In this document: in pieces, positions 1-9,628 of the stretch | Layout: every line of letters begins with the position of its first letter | Position numbering within the stretch: position 1 is the first letter of the stretch | Translations under genes and position numbers: made by a program | NCBI GenBank assembly: GCA_020891255.1 | Contig: BQFW01000015.1 | Span: 1,302,001 to 1,366,000 of the forward strand | DNA: 64,000 nucleotides | Direction of reading: 5' to 3' | Source: Entomortierella parvispora E1425 | Taxonomy: Eukaryota > Fungi > Mortierellomycota | The notes under the pieces: model-generated | Seen by the model: only the letters and a program-made list of their open reading frames with translations | Database searches by the model: none | What the model was told of the DNA's origin: nothing

Positions 1-1542
1 TTGATGGACCAGATATGGTGAACAACATAGATGAAAGTAATGAATAGCATCACTTTGTCATGGTCGACCGAAGCAGCTTAATAAAATGAAGCGTGATCCA
101 GATGTGCCCCCCCCCCCCCTCCGTAGGTCGGATTGGAATGCACGCGCCGTATTGCCACCAATATCGTATACGCCACCAACCGTAATGCTCAAAGAGTAAC
201 AGCCCCATGACACCAAGTTGCCCGCATCACCTTCACCAGACAGGTCTGGTCGATGAGTCCAAAGCTGCCTCGTGTACTTGTGGAAGCAATATGCTTCGAA
301 GGTGTGTAACTTGAAACTTTTTTTGCCTTAATTCATTGATATCCTCTCGTGAGCTTGCCCGATCGCGAGAGCTGTGGCCATCCCCGACATGGCTGCTGCC
401 GCGTTCAAATTGGTGGTGGAACAACAAGCACGTTGCTGTCCTGGTGGTCTTCTGGACTCGTTTCTTCTCATCTTCAGATCGAACCCATTTGCAATGTGTC
501 TCTGAATGACGATCGAGACCCAAATCCCGCTCTTCTTGGGCGGAAAGATCTGAGCCAACAATGTCGCCTTCAGACCCCTCTTTCTTTATCAGATGGAGAG
601 AGTATTGAGTTCTTTACGCAGGAACACGCAGGGTGTGTTCCTCAGAGAGCAGAAAAAAAATGCACGCAATGAGGCGTCGTTGGCTAAGGTCCGGCTGTCG
701 GCCAATAATGTCGCAGAACCAGGCCATCTGGACAAGAAAGCCCCATTTGTGCGCCCCTCCTTCTTTGGCATGTCAAGCGGACTTTGATGGTTTAGTTGTG
801 CAACCGCTCGTTTTTTTTCTTTACGATCCATCTTTTTCTCGATTCTTGGTATTTTGCAGAGGAGAATGACGAGAGCCCGGTGCAAGCCCTGGTAAATGGA
901 CTCTTTGCACCTCCAAATAAAAGCATTTGGAAAGACTCAAAAAAAAGGAGCGTGGCGTCTAATTCGCTGAGATGCTCTTGCCTAAACCCTGGTAACAACC
1001 CTATCAGAGTGAGTCTTTCAAGAGCATGGCCAGACCAAGACCCGGTAAGACGTGGGTGCGCTCGTGCATTGCGGAGCTGTTCCTTTGCGCACAAGGGAAG
1101 AACGCGACCCAACCATTGGACGACTTGTTTTCCCCGTCAACAAACACAACTGCACTGGGGGAGTGCTCAATGTGCTCTTTGGAACGGAACAATAAGAAAG
1201 AGAACACTGACAATCTACTAGAGGCTGATGTCCACGATACCGGGGACTAGATACTCGCCCCCCTCTTCTCCCCTTTTCCCAAGCCGAGGCAAATCTCAAT
1301 TGCTCACCGTCCGTTGACAGGCACAAAAAAATGTTTTTGCACTAATACCGAGACTTGCACCTGGCACGTTCACTGCACCCGTTCCAGCAGGGCATGCCCT
1401 GTCTGGTCAAACAACAGTGGGTACGCCAACATCTTTGGGCTTAATTTTAGCACTCATGGCTCCGTTTCTACGTTTCTCTTCCGCTGCAATCCGCTTCCAC
1501 CCCCGTGTGGATGATCGGGCTACCATCATCGGTTCTCACGAC

Positions 1543-1549
1543 TATAAAG
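1543..1549 (+). promoter_or_regulatory. Putative TATA box of alkaline phosphatase gene
   Basis: TATAAAG about 160 nt upstream of ATG 1707, followed by a pyrimidine-rich leader. Confidence 0.4.
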
Positions 1550-1706
1550 ACCTCGGTACATCCCACCCCTTTCTACTTTTTTTTTTTTACTTTGATTCCT
1601 TAGTCCAACAACTCCTAATACATCTCCACACTCAAAAGCAGCCTTTAGCGCTCTTCCTACCTTCTCTCTCTCCTTCCTTCCCACCTTCATCCCAACACTG
1701 TTGAAA

Positions 1707-3804
1707 ATGGTCAAGGTTGTCTCCTTTGCCCTCATCTCCATCGCTGCGGCCATCTCGACCGTCGCTGCCCTCGACCCCGTCGGTCAATTCAAGCGCCTTG
1801 GTGCATGCCCCACATTGGGATGTGTCTTCCCCCCAGACAGGTACATTCTTCTTTCAAAACAGCTGCACGCCTCATCTTTCTTTCCATTTCTTGCCATGTA
1901 AGCCCGCCTTTCTAAAGTTTTATTCTTTTTTGTTGCTATCTTTTCACAGAGCCGAGTTCATCGCTGGTGCCCACTTTGATGTTCGCGTTGAGGTGCACGC
2001 CGAGAATGATGCCAAGCCCAACACCAACTACTCGTTGACCATCCAGAAGGTCAGCAAGCACGCCAAGGCCCTTGACTTTAGCAAGTGGTCCAAGGTCAAG
2101 CCCAATGCTCAGGAGTCTTGGGACTTTACCTACAACAAGGACGCTGCTGCCTACTGGAAGACCATGGAGGGTGACAAGAACGCTGCCACTCCCGTCCACG
2201 TTGCCTCGACTGCCTGGCGTAAGGTCCAGATCAAGGAGCCCGGTACCTACAAGGTCATCCTCAAGTACAACAACGGCAAGACCACCGAGGCGATCTGGAC
2301 CGTCAACCCCGTTACCAAGCGCAAGGCCAAGAATGTCATCTTGTTCATTGGTGACGGTATGACCACCGCCATGATCACTGCTGCCCGTCTCATCTCCCAG
2401 CCCCATATCAGCGGAAAGTACCAGAAGCATTTGAACATGGACAAGTTCCCTGTCTTGGGTCACATCATGACCCACTCTTTGGACTCGCTCATCACCGACT
2501 CTGCCAACTCGGCCTCGGCCTACAACACTGGCCACAAGTCCTCGGCCGGTGCCCTGGGTGTCTACCCCGACTCGTCCAAGACCCCTTTTGATGATCCTCG
2601 CCAGGAGTTGATTGCTGAGCTCTTGCGTCGCCGCTCCAAGAAGAACGGTGGTGCCGGAGGAGTCGGTATCGTTACGACCGCTGAGGTCCAGGATGCTACC
2701 CCCGCTGCCGTTTACGCTCACACCCGTGACCGTGACCAAAAGTCGACCATTGTCGACCAGATGATTCACGGTGCCAACCCCGTCGTGGCCGACGTTATCC
2801 TCGGTGGTGGTGGAAAATACTTCCACAGCAAGATTGGTGGAAAGTCCTTGAACGGCACCGACTACTATGCTGCCTACAGCAAGGAGCGCGGTTACAAGGT
2901 TGTCAACGACCGTACTCAGCTCTTGAAGTACAAGGGCAAGGACCCCCTTCTCGGCATCTTCCACTCCACCAACATGGATGTCTGGTTGGACCGTAACGTC
3001 TACAAGAACAACTTGCTCTTGTCCGCTTCGGACCCCACCGGTGCCACTGAGAAGCCCGCTTTGGACCAGCCCAACTTGGACGAGATGGTGGTCAAGGGTC
3101 TCGAGGTCTTGGACAAGCGTCACCGCAAGGAGGGTTGGTTCATGATGGCTGAGGCTGCCTCGGTCGACAAGATGATGCACCCCTTGGACTATGACCGCGC
3201 CTTGGCCGATCTCTTGGAGCTCGACAAGTCCATTGGCAAGACCAAGGAGTGGCTCAAGAAGAACAAGTTGGACAAGGACACCTTGATCTTGGTCACCGCC
3301 GACCACGCCCACTCGTTCGATGTCTACGGATCCGTCGATACCCAGTACTTCAACTCTTTCAGTGATGATTCCGAGGGTGAACTCGAGAAGAAGAACTCGA
3401 TCGGTACCTATGAGAACTCTGGCTGGCCTTCGTACGTCGATGCCAACGGTGATGGTTTCCCTGATGAGTGGAAGGTCCGTTACACCTTGGCTGCCGGTAC
3501 CGCCGCCTTCCCCTCCCACCGTGAGGACTTCCAGATCAGCATCAACGGAACCCGTGTGCCTGCCGTTTACCAGTCCAGCTCTCACCACCACTACAAGGTC
3601 TACGAGGCCAACCCCAAGGATGACCCCCATGGTATCAACAAGCCCGGCACCATGAGCGTCAACGAGCAGGTCGGTGTCCACTCTCTTCAGGATGTCCCCA
3701 TCTTTGCCTCGGGCCCTGGCTCCCACTTGTTTGCTGGTATCCAGGACAACACTGAGATTTTCCACAAGATTGCTGAGGTCTTGGGTCTCGGTGAGCAGGC
3801 TTAA
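1707..3804 (+). CDS. Secreted alkaline phosphatase (AP superfamily) with extra N-terminal domain; exons 1707-1840, 1950-3804
   Basis: Signal peptide MVKVVSFALISIAAAISTVAA. GT..CAG intron 1841-1949 restores the frame (PPDR|AEF). AP motifs KNVILFIGDGM, TDSA (catalytic Ser), DATPA, EAASVDKMMH, LVTADHAH, GVHS. Confidence 0.93.
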
Positions 3805-4282
3805 AAAAACAACACGAACAAGAACAAAGAAGAGCGCGCATCTCTCTTTGGCCAATTCAAGTTTATAATCTTTTAGCGATCTATCATATATTATTATTCT
3901 TATCATTGACTCATCCCCATACAACTCATATACCACACTTTTACGTATTTAAAAAGAAGGGAAGAAAAACGCGTAGAACACGCCTTCCTCGATCACAGCT
4001 GAGCTGTGATCATTAAAAAAAAAAAAAAATCCCTTTTTTCAAAGAAAAAAAAAATAGAGTAAGGGGACGAATTGAAGAGTTCATTGTTCAATGAACAAGG
4101 TGTTTTCCGATTTGAAAAGAGGCTTGAACAAAGTGTCGACACTGAGAAAAGCCCGATCTGATCCAGGCTACTGCACGACCGAAATAAAATGCCCTTATTT
4201 TGTCCTTTCAAGAGAATTGTTGTTGAAGAGGCGGCCAGAGAGAAGAGGCTGAACGAGAATCGACTAGGGTTTATTTTTCCTT

Positions 4283-4858
4283 TTAAACAAACTCGCCTCT
4301 GCCTCCTGATGCATGTCGGACAGTGCCCGCCTTCAGGTCTGCGATCTCAGCCTCCAGATCCGCAATCCTTTTGTTGGAGGCAATCTGGTATTCTTCCAAT
4401 GCAAGTTTGTTATAGATCACATGGAGGACCAACGTGGCTGCTGTTGAGAAGACCACAATATTGAACAGGGGTCCTCCAAACCGGTCAAAGAAAGAGCCGC
4501 TTCCTCCTCCTAATGAACGACGCAAAGCGTTGGAGTCTCCAGGGGTCGAGTGAGAGGCTGATGTGGCGGAGGCTGATGCTGCAGAAGGGGCGGCACCAGA
4601 GCCGATATCGAGAGGAATAGGTTGGGGCTTCCTTGGTGCTCCAGCAGGTGTAGCCTCGGAGGCTCTAGTGAGGCTTGATCCAGAGAACAGACGCCGTTGA
4701 ATATGTCCCCCTGTGGTGGGTATCCGCTGTGTCAGTGAGGAGTAGGTGGAGCAAGAATGGGCCGTACAGGCGGCAGTCCTTGTAGAGTTCCTAGAGATGT
4801 GCGCACGCATGGTGGCCATAGCGGCCACTGATCCTGAAAGTCCTTTCCGTGCGAGCAT
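4283..4858 (-). CDS. Hypothetical 191-aa protein, probably mitochondrial single-pass membrane protein
   Basis: Single-exon ORF from ATG 4858. Arg/Ser/Ala-rich N-terminus with almost no acidic residues, one hydrophobic segment (LFNIVVFSTAATLVLHVIY), C-terminal coiled-coil-like SNKRIADLEAEIADLK. Confidence 0.7.
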   Translation of the reverse strand: MLARKGLSGSVAAMATMRAHISRNSTRTAACTAHSCSTYSSLTQRIPTTGGHIQRRLFSGSSLTRASEATPAGAPRKPQPIPLDIGSGAAPSAASASATSASHSTPGDSNALRRSLGGGSGSFFDRFGGPLFNIVVFSTAATLVLHVIYNKLALEEYQIASNKRIADLEAEIADLKAGTVRHASGGRGEFV

Positions 4859-4883
4859 GGCTTGATTGTCGGCGAGAGTGTCT

Positions 4884-4924
4884 TGAATGAATTGAATGAA
4901 TGAATGAATGAATGAATGAATGAA
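4884..4924. repeat. (TGAA)n microsatellite
   Basis: 8 perfect TGAA units at 4893-4924 plus 2 units upstream separated by one T. Confidence 0.95.
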
Positions 4925-5017
4925 TGATGCGCGAGCGAGAGGACCAGGAAGGGACACAGAATATGAAATGATGCGTGGAAATAGACAGACTTTATTTCCA
5001 CGCACAGTCGGCCGAGG

Positions 5018-5025
5018 TGACGTCA
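5018..5025. promoter_or_regulatory. CRE-like palindrome TGACGTCA in the divergent promoter
   Basis: Perfect ATF/CREB-type bZIP octamer within the 285-bp gap between two head-to-head genes; about one chance occurrence is expected per window. Confidence 0.3.
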
Positions 5026-5143
5026 GCAATTTCGTCCCCAAGATGGCCCCTGCCGGCAGAGAGAGTGATCAACAGAAATCCGCCAGATCACAATCCCCTT
5101 TCTCTCCATCTCTTCATCCTCCTCCATCCCCATATATCCAGCC

Positions 5144-6073
5144 ATGTTCAGAGCCATCCGCGCCACCGCTGCCCTCTCCCGCTCCGCCGCCTACAAGGGT
5201 GCTGCCGTTGCCCCCATCGCCCGCAACGTCGCCGTCATGAACTTTGCTCGCATGTACTCTTCCGGCGGCCTTGCCCGCTCCGACATTGAGAAGCGTGTCC
5301 TCGACATCCTTGCTGGATTCAACAAGGTCGATGCCAACAAGGTATATATACTCTTTATATATTTCGGCCTCGGATGTGTCTCCTCCTTGGGAGCCATTCA
5401 TCTCTTTGCTTTGCCAGTGGAGCTCATCCTCGGACACAGGATCCAACAGGAGCCGGACTTTTTTTTGGACACTAGGCGGCTCTTGCAACAAACTGGATTC
5501 AGGGCATGGGGTTGGACGACATGTTTATTTTTTTTATTTTTTGGTCCGAGATGGGGAACCTTTGGGCAATGATCTGGATCCGTACCCCACAGGAAGACCC
5601 CATCTCGACTGATCGAAACCGAAGAGTGTTTAACCGACAGTGGGATCAGGAGACTCATTCCTCTGGACTCGAACGCGCGCAGTCCCTCTGACTGACTTTT
5701 TTGCTCCGGAAAGCAACCTCCGAAGGCGAGAAATGCATATCAGACAAACGCATTGGATACAGGGCGGCACCATTCCCACGCCAAAAAGCAGCTCTCCTCT
5801 CCTTCCTAAAGACTTCAATGGCTTCTCTCTTCCCATCCTCCTGTTCCGAGACCTCAGGCACTAACGTATCCTCGTTCTTTCAACCTCCAATCGTAGATCT
5901 CCCTCGAGGCCAACTTCAACTCTGATCTCGGTTTGGACTCTTTGGATACCGTCGAGGTTGTCATGGCTGTCGAGGAGGAGTTCTCCATCGAGATCCCCGA
6001 CAAGGATGCTGACCAGATCAAGTCTGCTGCCGATGCTGTTGCCTACATTGGCCAGCGCGAGGATGCCCATTAA
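5144..6073 (+). CDS. ACP1: Mitochondrial acyl carrier protein (NDUFAB1/ACP1); exons 5144-5341, 5897-6073
   Basis: Presequence [14 protein letters not shown]; phosphopantetheine motif [26 protein letters not shown]; GT donor 5342, CTAAC branch about 5860, TAG acceptor 5896. Confidence 0.96.
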
Positions 6074-6385
6074 ATAATATCCTTCCTATCCTCTCTACTC
6101 TCCTCCCATTGCAACCATCCAAATCCCATCTTTCTTTCGCTTTGGCTTTGTTTTCCACTCTACACCCCTCTTCTCTTTCTTAAAAAAACCCTTATGCAAT
6201 AGTACCTGCAGCCATTATTGCATCGACGTTGGATCTCTTCTCAAAAAGGGAATAAAATATCCACTCATAGAGCAACAAAAAAAAAAAAAAAAAAACTGCT
6301 GAAATTCAACATGAATTCATGATGAGTGCTATTAGCTGTCTACTTTATACATAGGACAGTGTTTATTGTCGTGGATCCAGAAAAC

Positions 6386-7927
6386 TCACCGGAAGGCGCG
6401 TTCCCAGATGGCACGACCTCCAAACAACTCGTCTACTACCGACAATCCGGGTTCAGCCTCGACTGGTTTACTCTTGGATCGACGACCCCTCTGTTTCTCA
6501 TCCGCCTCGCCCTCGTCATCACTGTCCATCAACTTTTGGCCTTCCTTCATTTTAGCGCCCTGTTCTTCAAAAAGAGACTTTAGAAAGTCTTGCATCTGCT
6601 CCACACCTTGGGAGGCCATTTTGACGACTGTAGCTTTCATCAAGGTCTTTTTCCTCCGCGGCATAGATCCGCTCGTAGTGCTGGTCGAGCTATTAGGAGC
6701 CGATGGACGCGGTATTTGAATAACAGTGGCACTCCAGAGGATCGGATAATCGGCTCGTTGTTCTGGATATTGTCCTGGATAGATGGTCAGTTGTTCAAAC
6801 CGCTTGAGGATCGAGCGTTGGAGACGTTCTGTCTTGGGTCCCATGATAAAAAGCGAGCCAATGGTCGAATGGGGGTAGAGGGCGGGTGCGTACGATGTCA
6901 TCTTGGGTTCGATCGATCCCGGCAATGGTTTACTGGACGTCGGAGGCGAGTTCCTTTTTGGCAAGGGTGGGTTATGTTCAATCAGGAAACCATCCCGGAA
7001 AATGACGGGTCCTCCTGCAAGTCGATCTGCCACGTCTCTTGGATCTTCCTCATCCACGAATTCTTCTTCTTCTTCTTCTTCTTCCTTGGTATCCACGTCC
7101 ATGGCGCTCAAAGGCGTAGAGCTATCCTGTGCCTCTGTCTGGGAGGATGTGCCTTCGGGTTCGAGTTCAGCCCATCGGACAATCATCCTCCATTCAGATC
7201 TTCGAGCCTTCCATCGCTCTTCCTCGCCTCGTCCTCCTGCAATCCAATCCAGTACCACACAGCTTGGCAGTTCATCGTCCTCGTCTTCTGTGTTGGATGA
7301 GGATGATGATGATGACGTGGAAGAAGGGAGACGGCGTTGTGCTTGAAGCAAGATCTCATGTCTCAAAAAGACACTGGAATCCTCACAGGCCACCACAGCG
7401 GGTCCCAGGAACAAGAGCAAAGCACCGGGTCCGACAGTACTGTGCAATGTCTGCGAACAAGGCGGATAATCCGGCCGAGGACTCTTGTAGATCTTTGTGT
7501 TGCCCTGGCCCAGGACCAGCAAACGAGCATGACGCGTCAGAACCAAATCCAGATCCGGATGGTCGTCCGCCAGCAATCCTCCTCCATATGTAATCATGTA
7601 GACGATCCTCGGTGCAGGCGGGAGGAGGACAGTCGTGGAGGTCGTGGAGGCCTTTTCGGACTCTGATGTTCCTGATTCTGTTTCACTGTTTTGGAGCACG
7701 GGGATGGAGGCAATGTCCTCGACGGTGCGAGATCCATAGGAGGTATTGACGGACGAAGGGGACAGGAGCTTGAGCGGGTAGCTGGCCCTGAGCGAGTCGA
7801 TCTGGGTCAGACTGGTCTTTGAGCGTGCAGACGCTCGGAGAAAGTTTTGTGACGCGACGGCAGTCGTGTGGGCGCCGGTCTGGATGACGCGGGTCTGTAT
7901 CTGGGCCGAGGCGGGCTGGTGGACCAT
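6386..7927 (-). CDS. ureD: Urease accessory protein UreD
   Basis: Single-exon ORF with SYPLKLLSP, YMITYGGGLL, LLVLGQGNTKIYK and CVVLDWIAGGRG..ERW motifs of eukaryotic UreD; start chosen at MVHQP (7927). Confidence 0.85.
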   Translation of the reverse strand: MVHQPASAQIQTRVIQTGAHTTAVASQNFLRASARSKTSLTQIDSLRASYPLKLLSPSSVNTSYGSRTVEDIASIPVLQNSETESGTSESEKASTTSTTVLLPPAPRIVYMITYGGGLLADDHPDLDLVLTRHARLLVLGQGNTKIYKSPRPDYPPCSQTLHSTVGPGALLLFLGPAVVACEDSSVFLRHEILLQAQRRLPSSTSSSSSSSNTEDEDDELPSCVVLDWIAGGRGEEERWKARRSEWRMIVRWAELEPEGTSSQTEAQDSSTPLSAMDVDTKEEEEEEEEFVDEEDPRDVADRLAGGPVIFRDGFLIEHNPPLPKRNSPPTSSKPLPGSIEPKMTSYAPALYPHSTIGSLFIMGPKTERLQRSILKRFEQLTIYPGQYPEQRADYPILWSATVIQIPRPSAPNSSTSTTSGSMPRRKKTLMKATVVKMASQGVEQMQDFLKSLFEEQGAKMKEGQKLMDSDDEGEADEKQRGRRSKSKPVEAEPGLSVVDELFGGRAIWERAFR

Positions 7928-8538
7928 GGCAGATGGAAAGAGATGCTGCAGGGGGTGGGATGAGGCGAGGCGACAATTGGATGGAAGAATGGTGCAATGG
8001 ATGCAACTTGTACGCACAAGTCAAAGGGACGGGCAAGTATGTGTGGTCAGGCAGGGCAGGAACCTTAAGTGAATGCATGCATCACGTGGAGAGAGCCACC
8101 TCATCGCGATGCCTCATTTTCTATCTCTTTGCACCACCCCTTCTCGCTCATCATCCTTTGCTCACTTTTTCATATCTCTGTCTTATCCTGCAGTAGATGC
8201 TGTCGCGTGTTGGTCCCGGAGGAATTTTTTTTTTTTATTATTTTTTCTTTTTTTATTTTGGATGGAAGAGTTACAAGTAATATTTTGGGATCCAGTGTAG
8301 TGGATTGTCGTATTTTTTGAACATGAAAAGGGAAGGGGGTATGAGAGAAGGAAGACTCGGAGGATACGAGGAGGAACGAAGGAAAGGAAAAGAGAAAAAA
8401 AAGATGGATGATGAATAGGAAACAGTTAAAAAAAAAGAAACACAAAGGGAAACCAGCCCAGAACTCTTTGAACCGATCCTATCCACTTGTCATTTCTTTT
8501 TTCTTTCTTTTTCTCCTTTCTTCTTCTTTCATCTTCAT

Positions 8539-9564
8539 TTAATGGTTGATGGTGACCAAACCAAGAGGGATACCCTTCTTGCTGCCCTTGCCACCGTAGG
8601 CGTAGAAGCCGTTGGTGTTCTGCTCGCGCTCCTTGGCAATGGGGCCGGTGGACTTTCCAGACTTCTCGTCACCGTCAGCGTGGACATCCATCTTCTCGTG
8701 CAACTGGGTCATGTCAACCTTGGTCATGTCCAACTCGGGCAACTTGCCGTCCTTGGAACCCTTGATGATGACGTTAGCGCAGTGGTGGTAGAACTGGTCG
8801 GTGGAGTAGGCAGTCCAGGAGAACGCGAACAAGCACTTGTTGGAGTCTGTGCACGAGGGGACGTTCTTGGGGATTTGGACGGGCCACTCGTAGTAGATGT
8901 CGGGGCAGGTCTTGGTGTACTGACCAATGACCTTCCAGGTCTTACCACCATCGTACGAGAGCGAGAACTCGCAAGCTCCTCCACCGTGGCGGGACTGGGT
9001 CAGACCCTTGGGTGGGGGGAACTTCTTGTAGTCCTTGATCTCAAAGTTCCAGAAGCGGACAGGGATGACCTGACCGGCCTTGTAGGTGGTGACGGGACCC
9101 TTCTTGTAGCCACCTATGAGTGCGTGGTCGATAGAGGACAAGATAGAGGAAAGAAAAAACAATTAGAAAAAAAAAATCAAAGGAAAAGATTGAACAAGGC
9201 ACAAATAGAAAAAGAGTTTGGACTAATCAGGCAAATGAAGGTCATTCGCTCCTGGGGCAGGGGTGCAAGACCTCCGAGGAAAGGACGGTTGGTGTTGCTG
9301 CTGTTCCTGGAAACAAACAAACAAAAAAAACGCGACCACACATAGACTGATAGACTGATAGACAGATAGGGGTGACTTACCGCAGGGGAACTTCTTGCCG
9401 TGGTAACCAATCCAGGCGTGGACGGCGTTGGAGGGGTTCTTGGTCCAGGGACCAGCCTGGGCAGGGGGGTTAGAGATGGCCATGTGGGCAGAGGTAGGGG
9501 TGAGGAGGGAAAGGAGGGCAGTCGCCGCCAGGGCGACGCTGCTGGCGAGGGTGAAGGTCTTCAT
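8539..9564 (-). CDS. Secreted His-brace protein, lytic polysaccharide monooxygenase-like (AA11-like); exons 9564-9381, 9113-8539
   Basis: Signal peptide ends immediately before His (PTSA|HMAISNPP). FPCG, RHGGGACEFSLSYDGGKTWKVI, CP and FSW..QFYHHCA motifs. Canonical intron restores the frame. Confidence 0.8.
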
Positions 9565-9622
9565 GACTGTAAGGATTTATGAGGTTGAGATGAAGAGAAA
9601 AGAGAAGGGGGGGAAGGGTTGG

Positions 9623-9628
9623 TTTATA
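9623..9628 (-). promoter_or_regulatory. Putative TATA box of LPMO-like gene
   Basis: TATAAA on the minus strand about 60 nt upstream of ATG 9564. Confidence 0.4.

Noticed and set aside
480-600. Minus-strand peptide LKATLLAQIFPPKKSGIWVSIVIQRH, faintly like a Crinkler N-terminal end motif
   Set aside because: Flanked by stops, with no upstream LFC-type motif or downstream effector domain; too weak to call
429-1370. CACGTT Pho4-like sites upstream of AP (429-434, 1365-1370)
   Set aside because: Hexamers at chance frequency; a Pho4-type regulon is not established for this lineage
1936-3936. 666-aa antisense ORF over the alkaline phosphatase
   Set aside because: It mirrors the sense codon register. 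Strong codon bias (avoidance of TTA/CTA/TCA) removes antisense stops, and the product has no motifs.
5547-5600. TPP-riboswitch-like words (CGAGA...TGATCTGGAT) in the ACP intron
   Set aside because: The downstream AATGCCAGCG-type P5/P4 partner is missing, and ACP is unrelated to thiamine metabolism
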